A DNA stretch of 60,049 bases from an uncultured Bacteriovoracaceae bacterium (GCA_964524175.1 CAZGCK010000004.1:6729-66777); one strand, 5' to 3'; positions 1 through 10,251 are shown, numbered from the stretch's first letter. Numbers and translations: made by a program. Notes: generated by a model from the sequence alone, not told the origin.

Positions 1-767
1 CCATCGAATTTTCGCGGGTGCATCCGCAGCTGGACGAGAAGGGGCTGCCGATCGCGCCTCAGAGCTCCTTAGCGCTGATTGCGGGCAATACGAGTCCGCC
101 GCTCTTGGACATTGCGGGCGATAATTTGTCGGGCTCGACGCAGACGCTTGCGGATGGGGTAAATCGGTTGACTGAGAAGGAAGGGCCGCTCAACGAGGCG
201 ATGGATAAGCTTGAGGGGCTCAAAATGAGCTGTGCGAAGGAAGCGTTGGATAAGAAGTTGGATGCGATCCTGGCTAGAGCCGAGGACTACGAGAATGCGG
301 AGTGTTCGAAGAATAAAGAAGAATGCGAAAAGATGCAGACTCCTATTGGAAACTTGATGAGTACCTTTTTAGATATCGAGCCAGAGGGCTTGGATGAGGA
401 AAAGGTTGCTTCTATTGAGTCCGCTTTGAACAATGGGAGTGGCTGTGCATCTACGGCGCAAAATACTGCGCAATTGGCAGAGGCGGATGACGAGGTTGAT
501 TTCGCTGATAGAAAGGTTAAGCGTGTTGAAAGAGAGTTAGCGAGTTGTGGTACGGACCAGGCTTGCAAGAACTCAACAGTGGGGCGAAGAGACGAGGCGG
601 AGGAACTTTTAAGTAAAGCTAAGAAGGCTCGTAATAAACTCAAAGACGCGAATCCAGCTAAGAGCAAAGCGATCTGCCGCTCTATTGCCAGCCAACAGTC
701 AAAAATTAGGGATCTGGTCAACACCCAAAAATCTTTCGGCTTAGGCGAAGCCGGCGGCGCTCGCTGA
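1..767 (+). CDS. hypothetical charged, coiled-coil-like, Cys-containing protein; 5'-partial
   Basis: The frame of ORF 18..767 stays open back to base 3 (IEFSRVHPQ...), so this is probably the C-terminal part of a longer protein. It is rich in E/K/A with several Cys. No family recognised. Confidence 0.45.
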   Translation, partial: IEFSRVHPQLDEKGLPIAPQSSLALIAGNTSPPLLDIAGDNLSGSTQTLADGVNRLTEKEGPLNEAMDKLEGLKMSCAKEALDKKLDAILARAEDYENAECSKNKEECEKMQTPIGNLMSTFLDIEPEGLDEEKVASIESALNNGSGCASTAQNTAQLAEADDEVDFADRKVKRVERELASCGTDQACKNSTVGRRDEAEELLSKAKKARNKLKDANPAKSKAICRSIASQQSKIRDLVNTQKSFGLGEAGGAR

Positions 768-813
768 TCTCAGTCGCCTAGCGCGCACGCCCCACCTCTG
801 CTAGAACTAAGGG

Positions 814-1662
814 ATGGCAAGCATCCCCTTCGTCAAAATGCATGGTCTCGGCAACGACTTCGTCGTCATCGACGACCTCGGCAAATCCCCTCACAACCTA
901 GGTCCCCAAGAAGCTCAAACTCTTTGCGATCGCCGCTTCGGCATCGGCGCAGACCAAGTCCTCTGGCTCAAAGCCTCGCAAGGCCCAGGTAATGCAGGTG
1001 TCCGCTGCGACGTCCGGATGGAGATTCTCAACTCCGACGGCTCGAGCGCGGAGATGTGCGGCAACGGGATCCGCGCGGTGGCGCTTTATCTCCAAAGACA
1101 TAGTGCCATTAAAGGCCGCTCCAGCTACCGCATCGAAACTCTCGCGGGCACCAAGATCGTGACCATCAAAAACGATCTCGTGAACGTCGATATGGGAGCC
1201 CCTGGTTTAGGCGCACATTTCGACAAAGGCGAGGCTCTCAAGCTCAGCTCCGGCCAGGAATTAAGATTTCACGAAGTCAGCATGGGCAATCCCCATGCTG
1301 TTTTCTTCACAGATCGCGTCTCCACAGTGGATCTAGAAAAAATCGGCCCAGAGATCGAACGTCACCCAAGATTTCCGAAGCGCACCAACGTCGAATTCGT
1401 CGAAGTCACGGGCCCATCCAGTATCAAAATCCGTGTTTGGGAGCGCGGCGCCGGCATCACGCTCGCGTGCGGGACCGGCGCCTGTGCATCGGCGGTGGCC
1501 ACACTGGGTACGGGTCGCGCTCAGGGCCGGCTTGAGGTCGTCCTCCCTGGGGGCGCGCTTCAGATCGGGTGGGAGGGCGCTAGCAAACGCAGCGAAACCC
1601 ATCCTGTCATGATGGAAGGGCCTGCGACTGAGGTGTTTCGTGGGGAGTATTTGCTGGGGTAG
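814..1662 (+). CDS. dapF: diaminopimelate epimerase
   Basis: 282-aa ORF. N-terminal FVKMHGLGNDFVVID and the two catalytic Cys motifs MCGNGIR and LACGTGA are typical of DapF. Confidence 0.92.
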   Translation: MASIPFVKMHGLGNDFVVIDDLGKSPHNLGPQEAQTLCDRRFGIGADQVLWLKASQGPGNAGVRCDVRMEILNSDGSSAEMCGNGIRAVALYLQRHSAIKGRSSYRIETLAGTKIVTIKNDLVNVDMGAPGLGAHFDKGEALKLSSGQELRFHEVSMGNPHAVFFTDRVSTVDLEKIGPEIERHPRFPKRTNVEFVEVTGPSSIKIRVWERGAGITLACGTGACASAVATLGTGRAQGRLEVVLPGGALQIGWEGASKRSETHPVMMEGPATEVFRGEYLLG

Positions 1663-1838
1663 TGCCTAGATAGATAAGGCCTTCCGCCATGTTAGAGATG
1701 GCGGATAAGTGGCGGATGAATAAGCTCGCTGAAAGCCCGTGTTTATGTTCTTGCGAAGTGGCAGAGGTGGAGGAACAGGTTCGAAATTCAATTACCAATC
1801 TGATACCTGGAAGTCGACGACCGCAAACTGGTCTTTCC

Positions 1839-2063
1839 TCAGTGATCCATATTCGACAACGGATTCACATAAAGTCGAAACGTTTTATCTTTGTGCCTTC
1901 GAATCGCGAAGACTCCACTCTCTTTTTCAGAGGCGAGGCGATCATAGAAAATAGGGTCAAGCTCAGCGATTTCGCTTACGCTCTTTCCTTCGTATTTTCC
2001 AAAGTCGATGATGACGAGCTTTTCGTCGATGATTCCTGTGACGGGACTGCCATTCGAGCTCAT
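1839..2063 (-). CDS. small conserved protein, DUF3820 / ExoX-C-terminal-like
   Basis: 74-aa ORF convergent with dapF. FGKYEGKSVSEIAELDPIFY resembles the FGKYkGk..ei...DP.Y core of that small-protein family; this match is from memory only. Confidence 0.45.
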   Translation of the reverse strand: MSSNGSPVTGIIDEKLVIIDFGKYEGKSVSEIAELDPIFYDRLASEKESGVFAIRRHKDKTFRLYVNPLSNMDH

Positions 2064-2328
2064 ACTTGAAACGAACCTCCATGTGAATGAAGCGACCTCA
2101 GGCTTAGCAATAGTCTTTGTCGCACGTCAAACGATGAATCAGAATTCCTGACCTTCATTCCCTTATGAGCGTAACAGGCTGCGAAAGAATTTCAACTGAG
2201 TGTCATGAAACTGTCGCCTGCTCTGCATTATCTTTGAAACTCTATAATTCTTAAGCCTGATTCTCTCATCGCTATGATATACGCTCTTAGTATAGTGCAG
2301 CGTCGAGAATCCGGGGCTGACCGACTCG

Positions 2329-2388
2329 AGCGTACATGAAAGTACGCTGGAGAAGGGAAGCGGCCAAGAATACCGTATACGGGTATTC
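2329..2388 (+). promoter_or_regulatory. two stem-loops or a palindrome in the purF leader
   Basis: AGCGTAC-atgaaa-GTACGCT (2329-2348) is a perfect 7-bp stem. GAATACCGTATACGGGTATTC (2368-2388) is a near-perfect 21-bp palindrome. Both lie 50-110 nt upstream of the purF ATG at 2438. Confidence 0.25.
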
Positions 2389-2437
2389 TCGGCGATGCGC
2401 GTCCATCTCAAATCAAACATACGGGCGGCGTGAATAC

Positions 2438-3985
2438 ATGTGCGGCGTTGTTGGAGTTATTGGAACCCCTGATGCGGCGACTGAGGCTTTTTTGGGGCTC
2501 ACTACGTTGCAGCACCGCGGCCAAGATGCAGCGGGCATTCTCTCATATGATGTTGATGGATTTCATCGGGTCAAAAACATTGGCCTCGTTGAGTCCGTCT
2601 TCACGCGCGACAATATGAAGACGTTGACCGGCAATCTAGCGCTGGGTCACGCTCGTTACAGCACGATTGGTAAGGGTGATCTTGTTGATGTTCAGCCGTT
2701 CTTGCTGAGTTATCCCTTTGGTCTTGGGATGGTTCATAACGGCAACATCGTCAATTGCGGAGAGCTTGCCGACGAGCTGAAGAAGGCGCGCCGCTATCTT
2801 CTCACTCATTCGGATACGGAAACGGTTCTCAATGTTTTTGCGGATGCATTGGCTCGCTCTCCGGCAGGTACCCAAGGCGCCACCGAGGAGCTGAGCTTTG
2901 ATACTATTTGCTCAGCTGTAGCGGACGTGTTCAAGCGGGTAAAAGGGAGCTACAGCATCGTCACGCTCGTGGCTGATCACGGGCTCGTCGCGTTTCGGGA
3001 TCCGCACGGCATTCGTCCTCTGATCTGGGGTAAAAGACCGATGCGGCGTACGGGCGAGAATCCTCCCGGCGCGCTTCCCTCGGGTGAGGCGCACATGGTT
3101 GCCTCCGAGAGCGTGGCGCTAGCATTTTCAGGATACGAAGTCGTCCGTAACATCCAGCCGGGCGAGGTCCTCTTCATCGATATGCAGGGCAAAGTCCATT
3201 CTCGAGTGCTCGACAATCGCGGGCCGCGCCACTGCATGTTTGAATGGGTTTATTTCGCGTCTCCTGAATCCGTCATTGATGGGGTGCCGGTTTACGGATC
3301 AAGAATTCAGCTCGGCAAAAGCTTAGCAAAGCTCGTTAAGAAACGAATGGACGAGCAAAAGCTTGTCGCCGACATCATCGTGCCCGTTCCGGAAACCTCA
3401 CGTATCGCGGCTATCGCGCTCGCTGAGGAACTTGGCATCCCGTATCGCGAGACGCTGATCAAGAATCGCTACATCAAGCGTACGTTCATCCTTGATTCTC
3501 AGGAGAAGCGCCAAAAAGCCGTGAATCTCAAGCTCTCTCCTGTCAAATCGGAGATTCAAGGCAAGCGCGTGCTTCTTGTTGACGATTCGATCGTTAGAGG
3601 CACTACTTCGCGCAAGATCATCGAACTCATCCGTCAGGCAGGCGCGACGTCGGTCTACATCGTCTCGACTTGCCCACCGATTCAGCATCCTTGCTACTAC
3701 GGCATCGACTTTCCTTCAGAAAAAGAGCTCATTGGCTCCAATCGTAGCTTGAAGGAAATCGAGCAGGACTTGGGCGCAGACGCCGTGATTTATCAAGATC
3801 TGCCAGGGCTTCAAGAAGCGACGACGGGCGAGGGTGGTCACAAGCCCTGTATGGCTTGCCTTGACGGCAATTATCCCACCGATATTTCGAGCGCTCGGCG
3901 GTTCGCGAAAGACCGCGAAGCTGACCGCAAGTCTGAGGATCCGCCTCCTGAGTCCAAGGCCCGCAAGAGGGGTAAAGAAGCATGA
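2438..3985 (+). CDS. purF: amidophosphoribosyltransferase
   Basis: The ORF opens at 2336, but the class-II amidotransferase Met-Cys N-terminus (MCGVVGVIG) starts at 2438. It has the PRPP loop VLLVDDSIVRGTTS and Cys residues consistent with the Fe-S type. The C-terminal tail is basic. Confidence 0.93.
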   Translation: MCGVVGVIGTPDAATEAFLGLTTLQHRGQDAAGILSYDVDGFHRVKNIGLVESVFTRDNMKTLTGNLALGHARYSTIGKGDLVDVQPFLLSYPFGLGMVHNGNIVNCGELADELKKARRYLLTHSDTETVLNVFADALARSPAGTQGATEELSFDTICSAVADVFKRVKGSYSIVTLVADHGLVAFRDPHGIRPLIWGKRPMRRTGENPPGALPSGEAHMVASESVALAFSGYEVVRNIQPGEVLFIDMQGKVHSRVLDNRGPRHCMFEWVYFASPESVIDGVPVYGSRIQLGKSLAKLVKKRMDEQKLVADIIVPVPETSRIAAIALAEELGIPYRETLIKNRYIKRTFILDSQEKRQKAVNLKLSPVKSEIQGKRVLLVDDSIVRGTTSRKIIELIRQAGATSVYIVSTCPPIQHPCYYGIDFPSEKELIGSNRSLKEIEQDLGADAVIYQDLPGLQEATTGEGGHKPCMACLDGNYPTDISSARRFAKDREADRKSEDPPPESKARKRGKEA

Positions 3986-5199
3986 TTCAGACGCTCTATC
4001 GCGGATCGGTCAAGGACCTCAAAGGCCCTTTGAAGATCGATGGCAAAGAGTCGGTGATCTTCGAGTACACCGATGCCTACTCGGTTTTTGATTGGGGTCG
4101 CATGCCCGATCCTCTCGCTCGCAAGGGAGAGGCACTCGCGGTTCTTGCCGCGGATTGGTTTGAGAAGCTCGAGCAAGCGGAGAGCTGGAAGGAGTTCTCT
4201 AAGTCCATCCCAGCGCAGGGACTTCGCAAACAGAATCGATTTGGCTCGTCTTTTAATGAAATCGGAGAAGAGCTTCAGGAAAAAGGGCTGCGCACCCATT
4301 ACCTGGGTGCCGTAGCGGGTAACATCGAATCGGGCGGCCTTACGGCGGTTCCGACCCGCGATCTCAAGTCGCCGACCCGCACGCTTGCGGTCGGGCAAGT
4401 TTCGGTGGTCAAGCCCACTCTTGCGACTGTGCTCGGAAGGTCGTTGCCGGATTATCAAGCGACGCGGTTAGCGCCTGCGCCTAGGCTGGTACCGTTGGAA
4501 GTGGTGTTTCGTTTTAGCTTGCCCGAAGGCAGTTCGCTTTTTGAGCGCGTGGAGCGTGATGCCGGGTATCTGGCTTCTTTAGGGTACGCTGATCTCCAAA
4601 TTAAGGCGGGCGAAACTTGGGATTTTCCGATCTTGGAGCTTTTCACAAAGCTCGAAAGCTCGGATCGTCCGGTTCCACTCACTGAAGCCTTGTCGATCGC
4701 AGGGCTGACAGCGAATCAACTCCAGGATTTGCTTTTTAGAACGGCGTGGGTTGCGAGCTGGCTCAGGTGGAGGTCTTCGCTTGCGGGCGTGGAGCTCGCC
4801 GACGGCAAATTGGAGTGGGCGCTCGGTGCAGATGGGCGTTGTTTTCTCGTCGATGCCATTGGTCCGGACGAGCTCAGGCTGCTCGTCCCGGGGAGTAGCG
4901 GTGGACGAGATGGGGTTCAGCTCTCTAAAGAGTTTCTCAGGCAGTATTACCGAACGACTCCTTGGTATGAGGCCATCACTCAGGCCAAAGAAAAGGCGCG
5001 TGCCCAAGGCATCGCCGATTGGAAGCGTGGCGTGCAGCCGCCTCCACCGCTTCCCGCGCCGGTGCGCGAGCTGGGCTCGCAGCTCTATCTTTCGCTCGCG
5101 AACTCGTTCACGGGCAGGACCTGGTTCGCCGATGCATGGGGTCTTGAGCGAGTGGTCGATGAATTGCGCAGGCTTACGCGCGACCTCCAGGGACGGTGA
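3982..5199 (+). CDS. purC: phosphoribosylaminoimidazole-succinocarboxamide (SAICAR) synthase, long form
   Basis: The N-terminus LYRGSVKDL...EYTDAYSVFDWG is typical of PurC. Its ATG overlaps the purF stop (ATGA). At 405 aa it is longer than usual and has internal insertions. Confidence 0.85.
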   Translation: MIQTLYRGSVKDLKGPLKIDGKESVIFEYTDAYSVFDWGRMPDPLARKGEALAVLAADWFEKLEQAESWKEFSKSIPAQGLRKQNRFGSSFNEIGEELQEKGLRTHYLGAVAGNIESGGLTAVPTRDLKSPTRTLAVGQVSVVKPTLATVLGRSLPDYQATRLAPAPRLVPLEVVFRFSLPEGSSLFERVERDAGYLASLGYADLQIKAGETWDFPILELFTKLESSDRPVPLTEALSIAGLTANQLQDLLFRTAWVASWLRWRSSLAGVELADGKLEWALGADGRCFLVDAIGPDELRLLVPGSSGGRDGVQLSKEFLRQYYRTTPWYEAITQAKEKARAQGIADWKRGVQPPPPLPAPVRELGSQLYLSLANSFTGRTWFADAWGLERVVDELRRLTRDLQGR

Positions 5200-5202
5200 G
5201 TC

Positions 5203-6498
5203 GTGAGCGAAGCCCACGGTAAGACAGTCGTCGTGGTTGGTTCCGGAGGTCGAGAGCATGCGCTTGCTTGGAAGCTCTCGCAATCCCCCGAGATCTCGCG
5301 GTTGATTGTGGCGCCTGGCAATGCAGGAATGCCCGCAGGCTGGGAACGATGGCAATTGGGCAGCTCGAAGGCTGATTTTGTCGAGTTCGCCAAACGCGCA
5401 CGGGAGACCCAGGTGGACCTCGTTGTCGTAGGGCCGGATAACCCTCTCGCTGACGGAATCGTCAACGTGATGAACGACGCGGGTGTGCTTGCGTTGGGTC
5501 CCACGCGAGAGGCTGCACAGCTCGAAGCGAGCAAAGCGTTCGCTAAAGATGTGATGAAGGCTGCGGGGATCCCGACTGCGCAGTATCGCCTTGCTCAGAA
5601 TATTGAAGAAGCGCGAAAGATTTTGCGATCCGTGCCCTGGGGTGCGGGCTGGGTGATTAAGGCCGATGGCTTGGCGCTCGGCAAAGGCGTGCGGGTCTGT
5701 GCGACTCAATCTGAGGCGTTGAGCGCCGCCGAGGAGTTGATTCAAATCTCAGGCAGCCTGGTGATCGAGGAGCGGCTTTTGGGCGAGGAGATCTCTTGGC
5801 TCGCTCTCTGTGATGGCGACCGTTGCGCGCTTTTGGATCCGGCACGTGATTATAAACGCATTCGTGATCGCGATGAAGGGCCGAACACCGGAGGGATGGG
5901 GGCGTTTAGTCCGATCCCGGGAGTCACGAGCGCGCTGGCTGATAAAGTTCGCAGCCAAGTCTTTGAACCCGCCCTGCGAGAGATGAAGAAGCGTGGCGCC
6001 TCGTTTCGCGGAGTTTTGTATGCAGGCCTCATGGCTCAGCTTGAGAGCGAGAGGTTTTGGGTCATCGAGTTCAATGCGCGCTTTGGGGATCCCGAGACAC
6101 AGGTGCTCATGCCGCGAATCGAAGGCGACATCTACCCTTGGTTCGAAGCTTGCGCGCGCGGGGATCTTAGGGCGTTGCCGCCGTCGGTGCCATTTAAGAA
6201 AGAGGCGGCCGTGTACGTTGTAGGAGCCGCCAAGGGGTATCCGGAAACTCCTGAGAAGGGCAAGGCCATCTCTGGTTTTTCGGCTGAGCTCGAGGACGGA
6301 GTGCCGCGCATGTTTGCGGCCGGAGTGGCGGCCCAGGAGCAGGGGTTGGTGACCTCCGGGGGGCGTGTTTTTGGAACGCTTGGAATGGGTGCGAATCTCA
6401 AAGTAGCGCGTGCCCAGGCCTATGAGAGAATTCACAAAGTGAAGTTCGAAGGCTTGCAGTTTAGAACTGACGTAGCAGCGAAGGAGGCGCAGGCATGA
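5203..6498 (+). CDS. purD: phosphoribosylamine--glycine ligase
   Basis: VVVVGSGGREHALAWKL and the ATP-grasp core are present. The GTG start lies 3 nt after the purC stop. Confidence 0.93.
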   Translation: MSEAHGKTVVVVGSGGREHALAWKLSQSPEISRLIVAPGNAGMPAGWERWQLGSSKADFVEFAKRARETQVDLVVVGPDNPLADGIVNVMNDAGVLALGPTREAAQLEASKAFAKDVMKAAGIPTAQYRLAQNIEEARKILRSVPWGAGWVIKADGLALGKGVRVCATQSEALSAAEELIQISGSLVIEERLLGEEISWLALCDGDRCALLDPARDYKRIRDRDEGPNTGGMGAFSPIPGVTSALADKVRSQVFEPALREMKKRGASFRGVLYAGLMAQLESERFWVIEFNARFGDPETQVLMPRIEGDIYPWFEACARGDLRALPPSVPFKKEAAVYVVGAAKGYPETPEKGKAISGFSAELEDGVPRMFAAGVAAQEQGLVTSGGRVFGTLGMGANLKVARAQAYERIHKVKFEGLQFRTDVAAKEAQA

Positions 6499-7142
6499 GC
6501 TCCGCCCCTGTGAGAGTCGCGGTCTTTGCTTCGGGCCGAGGCAGCAACTTTGATGCGATATTGGCGGCAATCCGAGCCGGCTCTCTGAATGCCGAGGTTG
6601 TTGCTTTGCTCTCTGATCAGGCTAACGCTCCAGCGCTCGAGAAAGCTCGACAGGCTGGCATCCGCGCGATCTCAGTGCCTTGGATTAAGGGCGGCGGCGA
6701 TGCCGGGCGGGTGGCGCACGAAGCAAAGGTTTTAGAAGAGCTCAAGCCTCTGGCTCCCCAGTTCTTGGTGCTCGCAGGATATATGCGCATCATGACAGAT
6801 CGATTGATCGAGGCGTTTCGCTCTGAGCGCGGGTACTCACGCATCGTGAACGTGCATCCCTCGCTTTTGCCGTCGTTTCCAGGCGTTTCTGCCTATGAGC
6901 AAGCCTATCTCCATGGCGTGCACACCACGGGCGTCACGGTTCATCTGGTTGAGCGCGAAGTCGACAGCGGTCCGATCTGCGCGCAAGAAGCATTTTCGAT
7001 TTCTGCCTGCCGATCGGTTGCCGAGGTCGAGAAACTCGGCTTGCAGATCGAGCACCGATTATTTCCAAACACCCTAGCTTGGGTCCTACCCGAAAAGTTT
7101 GATGTCGAGTCGACAAGGAGGCTCCGTGTTCGCCCGCATTGA
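6495..7142 (+). CDS. purN: phosphoribosylglycinamide formyltransferase
   Basis: RVAVFASGRGSNF, NVHPSLLP and HLVEREVDSGPI motifs are present. ATGA overlap with purD. Confidence 0.9.
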   Translation: MSSAPVRVAVFASGRGSNFDAILAAIRAGSLNAEVVALLSDQANAPALEKARQAGIRAISVPWIKGGGDAGRVAHEAKVLEELKPLAPQFLVLAGYMRIMTDRLIEAFRSERGYSRIVNVHPSLLPSFPGVSAYEQAYLHGVHTTGVTVHLVEREVDSGPICAQEAFSISACRSVAEVEKLGLQIEHRLFPNTLAWVLPEKFDVESTRRLRVRPH

Positions 7143-10100
7143 AGTCGCTATGCGTCCCGAGTTTAACGATCCTGCTTCGCAATCTTTGCTGCGAAAAATC
7201 GAGCTCGCTCATCCCGAGCTCAGGAAAAAGATCCGCTGGGCAAGGCTTTTGGATGTTTACTGGCTGGATCTGCCCGCCACGCGCGAAGAGATGATCCCTG
7301 CGATCACCGAAGTGTTTTGGGATCGAGTGCTTCAGTGGCTCTTCACTGCTAATTTGATCCCGTCGGCTTCGGGCAAGCATGGCGGGGTGCTCGACCTCAT
7401 GGAAGCCGCTCCCAATCGGCCCGGCAGGTTTTGGGCGCTCGAGCGGAGGTTTCGTCCCGGAGTGACCGACAATGTGGGCCGCACTTCGCTTGAGGCGTTT
7501 GAGATCGTGCTGGGTAAGGATCTCAACGGAGGGCGCGCAACCAGTGGGGCTCTGCTTGTCCTGGAGGGCGTCGGGTTGGATGAGGATTCGCTCGCCGTGA
7601 TCGCGCGCGATGTGTTCTGCAACGAGCTCATCGAAACCTGGACTATCGTGCCTGAGGCCGAGCTTAAGAAAAACGATCGCTTCCATCAAGAGCGAATCAA
7701 GAGGGATCTCCCCAAGGTCAATCTGCGAGGCACCGATCAGGTCGAGCATTACAAGCTGGCGGGCTTGACGGACTCGGAGCTTGATCAGTTGAGCCGTAAG
7801 CAGCTTTGGGCGCTTTCGGTCGAAGAAATGTGCGCCGTCCGCGACTACTACGCGCTTCCCGATGTCATCGAACAACGCAAATCCCAAGGCTTGCCGACCG
7901 ACGGGCCGACGGATGTCGAGATCGAGGTCATCGCGCAGACTTGGTCTGAGCACTGCAAGCACAAGATCTTCGGGGCCAACATCAAGTATCGCGAAACCTC
8001 TGGCGCAACCCAGGGCGGAGCGCTGATTCCTTCTGAGACGCAGAGCCTTTTTAAGACGACGATCGCGGGCACCACTTCCAAGCTGCAGAAGCCGTGGCTG
8101 CTTTCTGTCTTCTCGGACAACGCGGGCATAGTCGCGTTCGATGATGAAGACGCGTTCTGCATCAAAGTGGAGACGCACAATAGCCCCTCGGCACTCGATC
8201 CTTACGGCGGCGCGCTTACGGGAATCGTGGGCGTGAATCGGGATATTCTCGGATGTGGCATGGGTGCGAAGCCTATTTTCAATACCGACGTGTTTTGCGT
8301 GGCCCCACTCGATTATTCCGACACTTTGCCGGACCGGCTCCTTCACCCTCGGCGCATTTTGGATGGCATTCGCCGTGGAGTCGAAGACGGTGGCAATAAG
8401 AGCGGGATCCCGACAGTCAATGGCGCATTGATTTTTGACGAGCGTTTCTTAGGCAAGCCTCTGGTTTATTGCGGCACCGGAGGCTTCATGCCGAGGCTCG
8501 TAGCGGGCGTGCCGTGCGAGACCAAGCAGGTTAACACGGGCGATCGTATTTGCATGGTAGGTGGACGCATCGGCAATGACGGCATCCACGGCGCGACCTT
8601 CTCGTCGCTTGCGATGGATGAGTCCTCGCCGGCCACAGCGGTTCAGCTTGGTGATCCAATCACGCAGAAACGCGCGGGGGACTTCTTGCTCGAAGCGCGA
8701 GACATGGGGCTTTTTAGGGCGATCACCGACAATGGGGCTGGGGGGCTATCGTCGTCTGTCGGAGAGATGGCGCGGCTTTCGGGTGGCGCTCAGATGGATG
8801 TTTCAAAAGCCAAGCTTAAGTACCCCGGTTTGCGTCCGTACGAAGTCGTCGTCAGTGAGTCCCAGGAGCGGATGACGCTTGCTGTGCCGGGCGATAAGCT
8901 TGCGCTGTTTTTGGGTCTAGCCCAAAGGCGCGGCGTTGAAGTGAGTGATCTCGGCACTTTTACCAATAGCGGTCAGCTCGATATTTTCTTTGGTGAGAAG
9001 CGCGTCGCTTGTCTCAGTCTTGAGTTTTTGCATGAAGGAGTGCCTAAGCTTCAGCTCGAGGCCGAATGGGCGGGTCGACCTGAGCATCCAGAAATCATGG
9101 TGAGGCCTTTTGACCAAGAGGCGCCCAAAGTCCTCATGGAGCTCATGGGGCGCCCCAATATCGCCTCTAAAGAATGGCTGATTCGTCAATACGATCACGA
9201 AGTGCAAGGCATGTCGGTCGTTAAGCCTCTGCACACTGCTGCGAGCGGGACGCCGCAGGCTCAGAGTGGTCCTAACGATGCGGCCGTTCTCAAGCCCAAG
9301 CCCTCCTCGGATGCGGGGCTCGTCATTGGTTGCGGGATTAATCCCAAGCTTTCGGATTTTGATCCGTATCTGATGGCGCAATCGGTGGTTGATGAAGCCG
9401 TACGCAATGTGCTGTGCGCGGGTGCCGATTATGGAAGACCTGATTCAGTACTGGCACTGGTCGATAATTTTTGCTGGCCAGATCCGGTGAGCAATCTAGC
9501 CTCCTGCGCTGCGCTTGTTCGTTCTTGCTATGGACTCCGCGACGCGGCGCTGGCGCTTGATGCTCCACTTGTCTCCGGCAAAGACAGCATGAAGAATGAT
9601 TTTAAGGGCAAGCGAAACGGCCAGCCCGTGACGATCTCCGTGCCGCCGACTCTGCTCATGACTGCCGTGGCGAAAGTCTCCGACACCAAGTCGGCGCGCA
9701 CCGCGGACTTCAAGGCCCCCGGCGATGTGATCTATCTGCTCGGCGGAATTGAGGCGGGTAATCTAGGGCTTTTGGGATCTGAGTTTCAAGCTTTGATGGA
9801 AGCCAAGAAGCAAGGGCTTCCGGTCAAAGCAAATGTGGGAGAGCCCCGTTGGGACGATGCTCGCAAGCTTTACAGCTGGATCGGCGGAACGCAAGGCAAG
9901 GAGCATGTCCGCCTTCGATCGCTTCATGACATCTCCGACGGTGGATTGCTTGTGGCCATCGCTGAAGGATTGATCGCTCGCGGTCTGGGCGCTTCGCTTG
10001 CGCTGCCAGCTGGGCTTGAGCCTTGGCAGTTCTGCTTTGGAGAGGGATTTCATTCGTTCGTGACCTCGGTATCTGAAGCGGACGTCTCCGTCGTTGAGAT

Positions 10101-10251
10101 GGAGTGGAGCGTGGTCGGTGTACCTTATCGACGGATTGGCGTGGTGGATCGCCAAGAGCGGATTGAAGTCTCCGAGAGTGGGGGACGGAGCTTCAGCGTG
10201 AGTGTCAAACAGCTCAGACAGGCTTGGCAGAAAGGCGGGTACTGGGAATGA
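7126..10251 (+). CDS. purL: phosphoribosylformylglycinamidine synthase subunit PurL with an N-terminal PurS-like extension
   Basis: The ORF opens at 7099. The GTG at 7126 is preceded by AAGGAGG (7115-7121). It contains AIR-synthase-related repeats (VETHNSPSALDPYGGA, GGLSSS). At about 1040 aa it is much longer than a stand-alone PurL. Confidence 0.9.
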   Translation: MFARIEVAMRPEFNDPASQSLLRKIELAHPELRKKIRWARLLDVYWLDLPATREEMIPAITEVFWDRVLQWLFTANLIPSASGKHGGVLDLMEAAPNRPGRFWALERRFRPGVTDNVGRTSLEAFEIVLGKDLNGGRATSGALLVLEGVGLDEDSLAVIARDVFCNELIETWTIVPEAELKKNDRFHQERIKRDLPKVNLRGTDQVEHYKLAGLTDSELDQLSRKQLWALSVEEMCAVRDYYALPDVIEQRKSQGLPTDGPTDVEIEVIAQTWSEHCKHKIFGANIKYRETSGATQGGALIPSETQSLFKTTIAGTTSKLQKPWLLSVFSDNAGIVAFDDEDAFCIKVETHNSPSALDPYGGALTGIVGVNRDILGCGMGAKPIFNTDVFCVAPLDYSDTLPDRLLHPRRILDGIRRGVEDGGNKSGIPTVNGALIFDERFLGKPLVYCGTGGFMPRLVAGVPCETKQVNTGDRICMVGGRIGNDGIHGATFSSLAMDESSPATAVQLGDPITQKRAGDFLLEARDMGLFRAITDNGAGGLSSSVGEMARLSGGAQMDVSKAKLKYPGLRPYEVVVSESQERMTLAVPGDKLALFLGLAQRRGVEVSDLGTFTNSGQLDIFFGEKRVACLSLEFLHEGVPKLQLEAEWAGRPEHPEIMVRPFDQEAPKVLMELMGRPNIASKEWLIRQYDHEVQGMSVVKPLHTAASGTPQAQSGPNDAAVLKPKPSSDAGLVIGCGINPKLSDFDPYLMAQSVVDEAVRNVLCAGADYGRPDSVLALVDNFCWPDPVSNLASCAALVRSCYGLRDAALALDAPLVSGKDSMKNDFKGKRNGQPVTISVPPTLLMTAVAKVSDTKSARTADFKAPGDVIYLLGGIEAGNLGLLGSEFQALMEAKKQGLPVKANVGEPRWDDARKLYSWIGGTQGKEHVRLRSLHDISDGGLLVAIAEGLIARGLGASLALPAGLEPWQFCFGEGFHSFVTSVSEADVSVVEMEWSVVGVPYRRIGVVDRQERIEVSESGGRSFSVSVKQLRQAWQKGGYWE

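Noticed and set aside
1689-2069. Plus-strand ORFs (126 aa and 71 aa) and a GGTTCGAAA T-loop-like string near 1775-1790 that suggested a tRNA.
   Set aside because: The flanking bases do not form a T-stem or an acceptor stem. The ORFs overlap the better-supported minus-strand DUF3820-like gene and have no motifs.
2064-2437. A purine (guanine/adenine) or ZTP/pfl riboswitch upstream of purF.
   Set aside because: I could not find the conserved junction or loop cores of either class by eye. I report only generic hairpins, and an Rfam scan is needed.
4579-8346. Very long antisense ORFs (4579..5745, 388 aa; 5749..6570, 273 aa; 6934..8346, 470 aa) opposite purC, purD, purN and purL.
   Set aside because: They are shadow ORFs of a GC-rich coding region. 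They are Arg/Ser/Pro/Leu-rich with no motifs, while the plus-strand genes carry unambiguous catalytic motifs and operon coupling.
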